Origin: Chrysomallon squamiferum
Lineage: Eukaryota; Animalia; Mollusca
DNA: 64,000 nucleotides
Direction of reading: 5' to 3'
NCBI GenBank assembly: GCA_012295275.1
Contig: CM022675.1
Span: forward strand, 2,976,001-3,040,000
Position numbers and translations under genes: made by a program. Every line of letters starts with the position of its first letter. Position 1 is the first letter of the stretch. Positions 13,538-26,829 of the stretch are shown here, one piece after another. The notes beneath the pieces were generated by a model that was not told where the DNA came from, did not search any database, and worked only from the letters and a program-made list of their open reading frames with translations.

Positions 13538-13737
13538 NNNNNNNNNNNNNNNNNNNNNNNNNNNNNNNNNNNNNNNNNNNNNNNNNNNNNNNNNNNNNNN
13601 NNNNNNNNNNNNNNNNNNNNNNNNNNNNNNNNNNNNNNNNNNNNNNNNNNNNNNNNNNNNNNNNNNNNNNNNNNNNNNNNNNNNNNNNNNNNNNNNNNNN
13701 NNNNNNNNNNNNNNNNNNNNNNNNNNNNNNNNNNNNN
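13538..13737. other. Assembly gap (200 N)
   Basis: A run of exactly 200 N, typical of a fixed-size scaffolding gap. It hides the last exon of gene A. Confidence 0.98.
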
Positions 13738-13858
13738 GCAATAAGAAATAAACTGCCTGAGAGTTAGAAAAATATATATAAATTTTTAATATTTTTTTAA
13801 AATGATGATTATATTATTATTATTGTTATTATTATTCTATTATTGTTACTATTACTAC

Positions 13859-13893
<35 letters not shown>

Positions 13894-14252
13894 TTAGTAC
13901 TACTACTACTACTACTATTATTATTATTTCTTTGTTTCTTTGGTGTTTCTTTTTTATATATAATATCTATACATTAAGTAATTTTAACAATTGAAACATT
14001 ATTATATTAATACAAAAACGTATCTCATGTCGTCAGTCAAGAACGGTAACTCTATTTACCTTTTCATATAAACAAGAGCGACAACTGTGCACACTACTAA
14101 AAGTATAATGACAGCTACAGAAACACCAACAGCAACGTCTGTAAAAATATAAATTTATAAACTACAACAACAAAAATTAAAATAAATATTATCCATTAGC
14201 AACAAATGTTTGCTAACGTACATGTTTCCAATGAAAATACGAATACATACTC

Positions 14253-14294
<42 letters not shown>

Positions 14295-16464
14295 TGTGTG
14301 TGTGTGTGTGCTGACAAAGGAGAGTGTGTGTATACATAAACATTTGTCATTTTAACCATATATACAGATAAATCTTTTGATCTGGAAACATTTTTGGTCA
14401 TCACTCGAATTCGGCATATTATCATCAGAATATTTTATCAGCTCAATAAATATATTTCAACAACAATGAAACAACAGTCCATAATTGCTTCACAAATCGT
14501 CCAAAAACAACACAAACAAAAAACCTATCTATGTATCTATAAGGTGTATCTATATGTATTTATGTATATCTCTTTCTATCTATCCATCTATCTGTCTTAT
14601 CTATCTCTCTTTCTTGATTTCTGTATGTCTGCTATTACTGCTACTCCTACTATAAAAAATGCATCAGTTCTGCTATTATTAATTTCAGTATGATAATAAA
14701 TAATATCTAATATTTTATTCTTGTGTTAGAATTCTTTGTTAACGACAAATACGTACACACGTTATTTTATACATGTTACGGTATTTCATTTAATATTTGG
14801 TTTCTTAAGTTTCAAAAGTTATTTATTTGGGTGTTTGTGAAATTACTCTAACAATGGTTTAATCATAAATATCAATTATGATTTTAAACAAATTATTAAT
14901 TAAGTATTTATGAAGGGAAATAATTGTTTTACTTATTACAGAAATAAACGCTGTTGTCTCCCTTCCAGAGTTTTCAGATGCAGACGACTCGAAAACAGTT
15001 TTATCTTCTCTTGAAGTTGTTATTTCAGAGGAACTTGGAATTAACAAATTTGAATGAGATAAAGCCGTATATTTCAACTTATTTAGAAAATGTTTAGATC
15101 ATAACTGGAATATGCCATTTTATTATTACAGATTATAACTGCTTTAAAAACAGTCCAAAAAAAATAAATAAATAGAAAGAAAAAAATGAAAGAAAGAACA
15201 GCAATCAAAAACGAAAAGCACCATATCTGTATATCTATAACTGTATCTATATATTTGTATGGAAGTATGTATGTATCCATAAGTCTATGCGTATGTCTGT
15301 CTGTCAGTCGATCTCTTTTTAATAATTTCATAAAATAGAATTATCCAAAGATTAAAAAGAGATTAGTATTAATACCTGGACTTGGAAGGTTAGATGTTCG
15401 AAACCTGGAATCTATAAAATATAAAATATAAAATTATGTTTTTAAAAATTATTTTTATTGACAGTATTAAAATATCTGTCAGTCTAAGTTTACTATCATA
15501 CACTGACCATACTGTTGTTAACGAATGCCATTATTTGTATAACTACTGCACCTAAACTTCCTCAGTGCACAATGGGCTATTGCTTGTTTCATCCAGCGCT
15601 TCATAAATTATTTAGTATAAGTGTGAATAAACTTCTGTCAGTAAGATTGAGCATAGTTTCTAACTGAATACCAAATATAGCCATTTATTTATAATTCTGG
15701 AGAAAATACATATACATACATATATTAATATCCAGTAGATGATGACAAACAAGTAATCGGTTTGTTCAGATATACAAAAGAGGTTTATAGGCTCAGATGT
15801 TCAAAGAATCACTAGTTATGAATAAAATAATAAATGAATAAATGAATAAATAAATAATACTTACTAATAATACAAATGGCGGAATGGTGGGTACTGCAGT
15901 TACTGATTAAAAATGAAATTTAGCCACTTGAGGATTTTTCTAACAACACGCAGCCATTTTGTTTGATGTTTATATTCAGCGTTTTATCTTCTAAAATTGA
16001 AATAATATAATCAAAAGAAGAAGAAGATCAAACTAACAAACACAACCTAGTAAAAATAATGTTTCTCTTCGTCTTAACTTGAACAAAATAACTCACTGAA
16101 ATGACTGTCAGTCCAGACTATTAGTTTATCACGTTTTAATCCAATCCAGTATTTTGTATTATACCATAAAAGTCGTCTTACTATTTCAGCGTTATTTCTG
16201 TTTAGTTTTGCTAACACACAGCTTGAATTAGATGAAAACCAGCTCTTAGTCATGTGATGATTGTAACATGAGTTCCTAGAATAGTCTCCTGTACCTGAGG
16301 AAAAAAACAAAGAAAAAATATTTAAATTATTGTACATAGCAACATGGTGTTTTAAATGAAACGATGCTAATCGAACACAAGAATATGTGTTAAACTATGT
16401 AATTTATGAAATAATTTTTAACAGTTTTAGGTGATATTTTGTTTTAGAATTGTATATATTATTA

Positions 16465-16515
<51 letters not shown>

Positions 16516-18608
16516 TATAATAATAATAATTAAGAATTTTAAAAATTAATTTTACTGAGCACAATTGTTATGCCTAAAAATAGTTTTGGATAAAATTGTA
16601 TCTTATCTTCGTGTACATCTCAGTAACAGCTGAAAGCTTTATTAACATGTCATTGAACTTACAAACTGCATTTAAGAGCAACCTAAAAATATATTTTACC
16701 TTCCATGCACTGTCTGTTTTCTAAAGGGAGGGAGGGGGAGAACAGAAGTTTTAGTTTTGGATAGTGTACGTACTAAGAGGAATAAGATTACAATCGTAGC
16801 TATGTTCGATCATGTTTTTTCATTTCGATTTCGACTGACACACATGTCATCTGAATATGATGATTAAATCGAAATAGTTCTTGTTATTGCTTGGTTCATC
16901 CCAAAACTACCGCCGATTTCTCATCTTTTTTCTCAGTTTTCAAGTCCTTGTTTCCAGTTTTTATACTACAGTTATCACTTCTCCTTAATACTGATACACT
17001 TTCTTGTTGTCCTGTGTTAAGTTAAAAGAAAACGTTTATCCACAAGAAAACAAACAAACAAACAATCCTATATTACCTCCCCTAAAACAACAACAGAATT
17101 ACACAAAACAAGCAAAAACCAAAAAAAGCAAAACAAAGGAAATGTCCAGTAAAAAACTCCCAAACAAACAGAAAAACAAAATAAAACCACTGAAATGATG
17201 CCAACTATGCTTACAGATTAACGAAAATTGAAGCAATAGATATGACCTTTATAATGCGCTTTGAAACGGCACTGCTTTGAACTTAGGCGAATCTGAAACA
17301 TCCATCAGTTTATAATCAGTGTTAACTCAGTGCTGTTTGTGTACGCCAGAAATATGTAATATTCAAGTACCAAATGACAGTTTTATAATCCCAGTTCATG
17401 TGGCAATTCCTTAGTACAAAATATTACTTTGACGTTTGTACTTCAGTTTCAGCAAGGACCAAATCCGTACATAGTCTCGGATTCAATGGTTTCTCTGTCA
17501 TGAACTCCTTTTCTAAGTCATTCATGTCAAACATCATGTTAAAGCTGTTTGCTGATGCTGGACTTTCATTGTGTACCGTCTGATACAAATTTAGTAAATC
17601 GAACAAATAGCATTCACAGCATTTTTATTAGTTTCTTCTTTTTAGCTGTCATCTTCGAGTTTTTGACAACCTTCTTTCCGTCACGTTTAAATAAAAATAA
17701 CTGTGGCATTTAACATAATGAAAACTGAGATATCTGAACATCTGCATTTTGGAAAAATCATGGATGTGAATTTTCCTGCTAGTGTCAGTTGTGTTGTGAG
17801 CATCAAGAGTGGCAGTTGATAAATTACACGTGTGTACACGTCAGTCGAAAACGTTCAAAATACGTGAACACGAATAGGAATAAAATATTTAGAAATGTTT
17901 TGAAGAGCAAAGAATATAAAAATTAAGTAACCTGCAGGACATCATAATTATTACTGTAAATCAGTCGGGTCACCTCACTGTGCTCGCACCTGTTCAATCC
18001 ACTGTTCGGTGACATACTTCGCAAATCTTAAAACTTGTGGATTCTCTAGATCGGCTTGGATTCCCATTTTAACGACACTGATTATAGCGACTGAAGTGTT
18101 CGGCCGTATTACTTAATGTTTTCTAATCCCTACAGACTGCGGGCACAGTGAGGTTAACCCAATCAGTCAGTTAATATAAAAAAAAGTAAAAAACATGTTA
18201 TAATATTGTTCTTAATTAATCAGGTCAGTTTCACTATATTATAAGTGAAAATATTCAAAATGTAAAACGTATATAAACTATTCAAATATGAACGCTTTAA
18301 AACTGGCTTTGAATGTGTATAAGGGATTATGTGTCTAAACTGCATATTAAAATGGTTAACTCACAGTTACAAATAAATCCTTTTTTTGTTTCACAGTCCT
18401 CTTCTGTTTTGATTATTAATTTGGATGAATCTTGTTTAACAAATCCACATATACCGTGAATACCCAAATCGACAGTTATATCTGTAAAAAATGGAACAAA
18501 AAAACAACAACAAACAATTAATTATATACATAATAATAACAGTGGAATATTAGTAATGATAGAAATAGTTATATTACAGTTAGTGCAGTAGTAGTAGTAG
18601 CAGCAGTG

Positions 18609-18651
<43 letters not shown>

Positions 18652-21159
18652 CAGCAGCAGTGGTAGTAGTAGTAGTAGTAGTAGTAGTAGAAATAGTTTT
18701 AGTGGTGATATTAGTAGTATGAGTACCTGTAAAAGCTGTAGAATATAATTATAACTGATATAACAAAAAGCATTGAGGCACACAGAAAGATGTTACTAAT
18801 CCTAGGATCATCCTTCTTATAGTTTCATTAAATGTTCTTAGAGTTAAATTTAGCAAGAATTTTCTAATTTTACATAGCTCTTCTTTCTTTCGTTTTTTAT
18901 TTTTTTCAAAGATAAATAAAATATATATTTTTTTAAATATAGATTTTATGAAAGTAAACAAATGAACATAAAAACTAATTATAGCCGTTACGTTCAGATA
19001 AATATTGTTTTTGTTACCTGTTTGATGGTTGTTAAAAATCTCAGATTCTGTAACATGAGTACCTACAACAATAGCAATAAAAATAGCAGCAACAATAATA
19101 ACATTAACAATAATAATAACAATAAAACAATATTGATAGTAATAATAATAGGAAAAAAAAAATGATAATAAGAACAATAAAAAAAAAGTTGTAATAGTAC
19201 TAGTAATGATAATTATAATTATCATGAATATGGTAATAACAATAATGACAATGATGATAATAATAATAACACTGATAACAAAATAATGATAACAACAACA
19301 CTGCTAATAATTGTAGCTTATTTTGTTACCACCATCATTTCTGATCTCTAATTTACGAGGTAAATGTGGATGTTTAGTATATTAATGAGAAAATTGAAGT
19401 AAAACGTTACCTATTTCATAAATACTCATTGTGTTTTCAGTCCCGCAGTTTTCTTTGAAGTTTCCAAGACAACCAGTTTTATTTTGTCTTTTAACAAATT
19501 CCAATGGAAGCTGAAGCCAGTCTATCAAGTTAAAACAGTAACACTTCTCTCTCTGCAATTCAAACATTTAAAATAATAAATAAATGTCTGTGTATAAATG
19601 TACATGTACATCTATGCATGTATATGCAGATGTGTTTAAGCTTGCCTGTTTGCATGCATGTGTATATGTGTGTGTGCATTTTTCTGTGTCTTTGCGTATG
19701 TATTATTTACTTAATCTGTGTTACTAACCTGTAATCCAACATATCTTAAACTTGAAGTAGTTTTCTGTTGTTTACATTCGTAGTAACATCGGCTTGCCTG
19801 GTTGTCGTATTTGATTTGATAAAACTGTAAAGATTTTAATTCATTCACTTCTCCAACGTAATCAAACAGTGGTGTGTTATCCGCTGTAAAACAAACTTTA
19901 TTTGTTTAATAAAATCAGTTTTACAACATAAGCAATCATTTTGCGTATAAAATATAGTCTGAATCAAACACGCACACACGCACACAGACACATATTATTA
20001 GCTTGACGTTCAATAACTATACTAATAACAAAGAAAACAACAGCATCTACTACTACTACAATATTGATAATAATAATAATAATAATAATCATAATAATAA
20101 TAACAACAACAACATCACAATAATAATAATAATAATAATAATAAAACCGCAGTTTTTATTTAACAAAAGCAATGTAAAATTAACATAAAAAGGAAGAGAG
20201 AAAAACCACAACACAACAGCCGCAAAAAAGACAACACAACAAAGAAAAACAAATTATATGCATTATTTTTTTGTGAAAAAAAGATTTAATTGTCGTTAGC
20301 ACATTAATTTTTTTTATCTTAATTATCTGTGTCAGTTAGATATTGCTGTTGTGATCTATTTTACATCACGTGACAAAAGAATGGAGAAAAAATACTGAAG
20401 CTCATGTTTAGTAAAATCTGTTGTTTAATTTTCCTATTCTGTATGTAACGACAGTAAATGCACTGTATTAAACAATATTAACAAGTACACATATATGGAT
20501 ATTTTTATAATAAATGTACCAATATACTTGCTCATATTAAACAATAATATAAATTTAATGCAGACGAATATTTACAGTCGCCATAACTTTTGATCTGAGT
20601 ATTCCTTTACATTTTTTTTATCGTAACTGCTCATTTAAACAACTTAATAATTGATATCACCTGTCCACTTCCAGGAACTGTACTGAACTTTAGCTCCAAT
20701 CCAGTAAGATCCAACTGTGACGTCACTCAGTGATGTAATATCTGACGTACTGTAGAGTTGTTCTCCATGTTGATGACATGTATAAAACGCTGTATCCCAT
20801 GTGACATTATTTAATATAAGCAGAGTAGCTGTAATGAAACGGAATATATTTACTTTTAAAACAAACTATAAAATTAAAATCTCTCTCTCTCTTTGAAACT
20901 TGTGCTTTTTACGGTCAGATATCTAAATATAAATTATATTAATATTAATAATGAATAATTGAAAGACGTTCGTAAATTATTAAAATTATTATACTTTTTA
21001 AAAGATTATTTTCCATCTTTAAATTATAAACATTGGAAAATAAAAACTAATTTCTTTCACGTGTAATTAAAATATTTTACCTGACACAGAAAACAGCTGA
21101 CATAAAATCCCGCAGAAAATTGTCAGATGCAGACGACTTGTACTCCATACTTCAGCCAT
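13738..21159 (-). pseudogene. Gene A: CTLD/WSC/CTLD type-I receptor, probable pseudogene or truncated secreted form; short-tail TM type
   Basis: Exons (minus): 21159-21081 signal peptide MAEVWSTSRLHLTIFCGILCQLFSVS; 20828-20661; 19883-19729; 19552-19411; micro-exon 19062-19018; 18481-18365; 16294-16097; 15990-15865 (in-frame TAA at 15922-15920 where B has AAA); 15411-15376; 15040-14933 (acceptor AA instead of AG); TM 14138-14060 [26 protein letters not shown]; last exon starts at 13756 and enters the gap. Confidence 0.82.
17967..18160. mobile_element. MITE with ~22-bp TIRs and 8-bp target-site duplication, in an intron of gene A
   Basis: TIRs gggtcacctcactgtgctcgca and tgcgggcacagtgaggttaaccc, flanked on both sides by aatcagtc (17959-17966, 18161-18168). 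Confidence 0.8.
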
Positions 21160-21235
21160 GACACCCTGTTAACTGTACAAAGAATTGAAAGATTGATCGG
21201 TTTTTACAATCACCCGTTTTTCATTAATAATAATC

Positions 21236-21279
<44 letters not shown>

Positions 21280-21429
21280 CTTTTTTAAAAAAATGGTTAA
21301 AAGATGACAACTTCAAAAACTAATACCACGAAAATATTTATACGTAGATGATTAATAATAAAATATTTTAATCACCGAGGTAGCTAGAACTCGTTTCAAA
21401 TCTTACGCTGGACTTCGTACATTAAAACG

Positions 21430-21460
21430 CTTTTATCTTTAACAAACCAGGAAGTGAGTG
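21430..21460 (-). promoter_or_regulatory. Putative ETS (ACTTCCTG) and GATA sites upstream of gene A
   Basis: caggaagt at 21448-21455 next to ttatct. It lies in a block conserved upstream of all five start codons and is followed by a probable 5' UTR exon donor (gtaaga). Confidence 0.35.
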
Positions 21461-21839
21461 ACACAGAGTATTTCGCTGCCCTAAAAAGATAATATCAACT
21501 CCAAATAAACTTGCTAAATATAGACTATCTACCTATTTGTTTTGTGTTCGTTTTTATGAAGAAGATGACGACGGCTGTGATAACTGTCTATAACTACGAC
21601 GATGCTGTTATTATGTTAAGATGACGATGATGATGTGATGGAAAATTTAATGATTTTGATAATGGGAAATATGGAATGGTTGGCTGAAATTATTTCAGTA
21701 TTTAACAGAAACTTTTGTTGAATATAAATATTGTACACAGTTTTATGCTAGAAATTAATAAATACACGCAAAAACACAGACACAGATATACATACATATA
21801 AACACATATATATGCATATACATACACTACGTACAAATA

Positions 21840-22933
21840 CCGAACAAAATAAGAAATTTCCGCTAACATTGCTTTAACATAAGTTGACGAAAACAAACTG
21901 GAGGAATAATTGTTATATAAGCCTTTAAAGAATGTCTATTACGCATTGTTTGGTGGAAAAAACATGGCCACAGGTTAAAAGAAACTGGAAGAAATTTTGA
22001 CCAAGTCTGGTAGGGGTTAAAAAAAGCACACACACTTAATAACTGATATGACAATCTCTTGAACTGACCACTGCAGTGTATTGTAGGCGCATACAATTGA
22101 CTAAAGTGTTGATTTCTGACTGGAATATTGTTCCAGTCCTGAATGATCGCTTGACCAAGTTCGTTGATGTTATGGGGTGGGTTGAGACGATTAGAACAGT
22201 TTGCCCGCTGATTCGGTTTGTTATGAAGCCAGGTGTGTTAGCAGCAGTAGCAGTGGCAGTTTGGAATCGACAGGGCAAATGTGTATTCATGATGTAGCGG
22301 TCTTGACCACGAGTTGTAACACGCGGACGTCAAAGACGAGGCGAAGTCGTTGGTGCTTCCTGTCGGTCGAAATCAGAGATGTCGTATCGCTCGATCAGAA
22401 ACAACTTCTCTCGACATGACAGCATCAAGCATGCCCATCTCCCGTTCGCGTAAATTATTGGGAATCCTTGGCATACAGAAAATTCTTCAATGCAAAAAAA
22501 CGTTATTTGATTTTTATTTACTGAGCGACAAAGAAACAGAGATAATTTATAAAAATAAATACACAATAAAGGAACACACAGAAAGCAGGTTTAGTAATTT
22601 TATTTATGTTGACGGCTGCGTTTGCACTGTTAATCGTCAACAACGTGAAACTCAGTTTGCACGTGCATTAATTGTTCGAAATGTCCCGTGTAGTATTCGG
22701 TCAGTTTGTTTTGCAAGTTTTACTGACATTGTTGTCAAGTGAACGAAAACAGTAAAAAAAAAAAGAAAAAAAAAAGTAAATAAATTAAAGAAAAAAAGTA
22801 AAAGTAAAATAACATTTGTTGACATTTAACAAAAATAATCGATAAAATTAATGAATCCTGATAATACAGTTCAAAGTTAATACTACACAACAAATACTGA
22901 ATGTACAAATCGGAAATTTCTTTCTTTGTTCAG
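21840..22933 (-). mobile_element. Internally deleted Tc1/mariner element between genes A and B
   Basis: TIRs ta-ccgaacaaaataagaaatttccg and cggaaatttctttctttgttcag-ta. The minus-strand relic from ATG 22474 reads MPRIPNNLRERE.GMLDA..TGSTND..RPRVTTRGQDRYIMNTHL..TATATAANTPG..RISGQTV, joined to the C-terminus LVNCMRLQYTAVVSSRDCHISY* (22036). The DDE core is absent. Confidence 0.85.
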
Positions 22934-23282
22934 TATATGTACATAAATTCATACACACGTACACCTACGCACATACATTCAAACATGGACATCACACTTA
23001 GACAGACACATACACATGCATAGACACCTCTGTCTACTTTTCTTTGTCTTTTCACTTTTTAAAATTATTTCTTTAGATCACCTCTTTTTCTTTCTTCTTC
23101 TTGTTTCATTAACACAAACAGTAAACTGAATAACGCAAGCTAATTTAAAATTAATAACTTAAATTGAGCAACAAAGAAACTGAAACGATTTATAAAAATA
23201 AGTAAATAATAAATAAAACGAACACATAGAAAACAGGTTTAGCAAGCTGATTTCAAGTTGACGTCTGAATTATTTTCTAGTG

Positions 23283-23343
<61 letters not shown>

Positions 23344-24132
23344 ACATAAAAAATAATTAAAAAAGTGAAAAGAAAACGAAAGCAGTTACCAAATAATTGT
23401 TTTGCAGTATAAGCCAGTGTGTTTCTGTGTATACATGAACGTACATAGATATACACATCTACGTAAACATAGGTGTGTGTATATTTTTATATATATATAT
23501 ATATGTGAAAGTAGATATGTGCATCTAAGTATACACACATTTGTGTATACTAACACACACACACATACACAAACACATACACACATAAGGATGTGTATAC
23601 ACATACTGAGCGAGATGTGTATATTTGTGTATGTGTCCATGTATGTGTAATGTGGATATGTGAATGTACGTGCGTGTCTGTATTTGTGTATGAATGTATG
23701 TACACATGTGTACGTTGTTTTGTATGTATGTATGTATGTGTGTTTGTGTACGTGTGTTTGTATATGTCTATTTATTAGTTTCTAGGCAGAAAACTTTGCC
23801 CAATAATTATATTAAACACAAATTCCAGTTTCTGTTAACTATTTAAATAATTTCAGCCAGATTTGCATATATCTCATTATTATCAAAATCACTGAGTATT
23901 TCATCATAGCATCATCATCATCATCTTAACAAATTATCGTAATTATAACCATCATCGTCGTCGTCGTCATCTTCATAATAGTAATAGAATTATCGTATTT
24001 GTAGCCATCATCGTCGCCGATTTCATCTTTAAACACGAACAGAAAGTAAACAGGTAGGTAGTCTATATTTAGCAAGTTTATTTAATACAGACGTGTGAGT
24101 TATTTTCTTTTTAGGACAGCAGACACACTCTG

Positions 24133-24190
24133 TTCACTTCCTGGTTTGTTAAACACAAAAGTGTTTTAATGTACAAAGTCTAACGTAAGA
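24133..24190 (+). promoter_or_regulatory. Putative ETS site and 5' UTR exon of gene B
   Basis: acttcctg at 24136-24143 and donor-like aac|gtaaga at ~24185. Homologous to the inverted blocks upstream of A and D. Confidence 0.35.
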
Positions 24191-24359
24191 TTTCAAACGA
24201 ATATTAACTACCTTCATAATTACGATCATCTACGTATAACCAGTTTCGTGTATTACTAGAGTTTTTGAAGATATATTGTTTTACAAAACTGATATTCATG
24301 AAAACGGGTTTTATAAAAATAGATCATTGTTTTCTTCCTTGTACCCTTAACAGGGTGTC

Positions 24360-24646
24360 ATGGCTGAACTATGGATTACAAACCGTCTGCTTCTTACAAT
24401 TTTCGTCTGGATTTTATTTCAGCTGTTTTCTACGTCAGGTAAATATTTTAATTACAAATTTAAAGTTGAATTTTATTTTTATTTGCCTGTTTTTGTGATT
24501 ACAGTTTTGTGAAGGAAAATAATATTTTAGAAAGTAGTGAGACGTCCAGGTTATTTTTAATAATTTATGAATGTTTTGCAAGTATATTATTATTAATTAT
24601 AAATATAATTTATATTTAGACCTCGAACCCTCAAAATCACTTGTTT

Positions 24647-24744
<98 letters not shown>

Positions 24745-26775
24745 TTTGAAAGTAAATATATTCCGTTTTATTACAGCTACTCTGCATATATTAAATAATG
24801 TCACATGGGATACAGCATTTTATACATATCATCAACAAGGAGAACAACTGTGCAGTACGTCAGATATTATTTCACTGAGTGACGTCACAGCTGGATCTTA
24901 CTGGATTGGAGCTAAAGTTCAGTACAGTTCGTGGATTTGGACAGGTGAAATAAGCATTTATTAGTTAACTGAACAGTTACGATCACAAAACAAAAAGGAA
25001 TACTTCCTACTGTAAAGAGATGAATAGCATCTAGTTACGTGGTGTAAAATGTGACATAATAAGAATATCTAATTAACATAGACAGCTAATTAAGATAAAA
25101 ATAATGTGTTTACGACAATTATTTTTTAACACAAATAAAGTGCATGTAAGGGAGTGTCCAAGTATGTATCTGTGTTAAACAAATCAAGTTTGTTTTATAG
25201 CGGATAACACACCACTGTTTGGTTACATTGGAGAAGTGGATGAATCACAATCTGAACAGTTTTATCAAATCAAATATGACAACCAGGCAAGCCGGTGTTA
25301 CTATGAATGTCAACAGCACAAAACTACTGCAGATGTAAATTACATTGGATTACAGGTTAGTATCATAAAAGACACAGAGCCATGTAGACACAAACATGCA
25401 AATATATACACACACACATATATATAGACAGAGAAAAAAATAGGTAGGTATACATGCACCAGATGTAGACATATATTTATACAATAATACAGACAATCAG
25501 CAAAAAACTAAAAAAAAAAAAAAAAAAAAAACTATTTGTTACTGCTACAATAACACAGTTATATTATTGTTTGTGACTAATATGTTACCCTGATTGGAAT
25601 GGGAAATAGATTCAGTCGGTGTGAAACTGGTAAGAAAGTATCTTTATTTTAATACTTGTTATGTTTATAATTTTAAATGTTTGTATTACAGAGAGAGAAA
25701 TGTTACTGTTTTAACCTGAGATATCAAATTTCACGTGGATTTGTTGAAAGAGAAAATAAAACTCGTTGTCTGGGGAACTTCAAAGAAAACTGTGGCACTG
25801 AAAGTACTATAAGTATTTTTAAAACAGGTAAAATCTTATGTATCTCTCTTCCTCTATTGAAATTATCTCCTTATCGGATGTTATCGGGAATCTTCAATTT
25901 TTATTTATTTATTTTATTTTATTTTATTTTATTTATTTTCAGATATAGCAATCAGTAATGTTGAATGGTCACTGAGTGTTGATGGTGTGTGTGGCTACAT
26001 TGATCAACCTAGTTTAATTTACGTGAAAACAGATAAAAACTGTAACACACAGAGGGGATTTGTCTGTGACTGTGAGTGAATCTTTCTTTAATGCCTTTAC
26101 AGAATTAATATTTTTGTATGTTATAACGTTTCTCTGGATTTTTAAAATATTTTTTGCTGTTGCTGTTTGTTTGTTGTTCTCTATTTTTCTTTTTCTTTTT
26201 TCTTTAGTTCGTAGAGCTTTTCTTTTTTTCATGTTGTTTTTTATTTCTTTATTTCTTTTTTTTTTTTTTTTTTATTTAATTAAATTAATTTTCTGTAATG
26301 GACTATCAAAGAATTTACTGCAAACACCAATTTACAAAGATAATTAGTTCATATATATATATGAACTAATTATCTTTGTAAATTGGTGTTTGCAGTAAAA
26401 AAAAATTATATACTGTTCATTTTTACTCTAGGTAAGTTACCTTTTTATTATTGTTTATTACAGGTAGTGGAAACTACAGCAATACTTCATGTTATCATCA
26501 TGACAAGACTCACAGCTGGTTTTCATCTAACTCAACTTGTTCATTAACAAAACTAAATAAAAACAATGCTGAACCAATTAGAAGGAAAATGAGGGGTGGA
26601 GTACAGTACTGGATTGGACTAAAACGTTACAAACAAATAGTTTGTTTTGACAGTTTTTGCAGTGAGTTATTGTAAAACTGATTAACTTTTAAATCAAAAA
26701 CTTGTGTTAATTTTTATTTATGTTTTCCTTTTTTCAGTCTTTCATCAATTTTGTTTAGTCTGATTTATCGATTTA

Positions 26776-26829
<54 letters not shown>

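Noticed and set aside
11208-13767. ORFs of 70-200 aa in the minisatellites and across the N gap
   Set aside because: They are translations of tandem repeats or of Ns.
17976-18150. CACTGTG...CACAGTG heptamers flanking a segment, resembling V(D)J recombination signals
   Set aside because: There is no ACAAAAACC nonamer at 12 or 23 bp spacing on either side. The heptamers are internal to the TIRs of a MITE with an 8-bp TSD.
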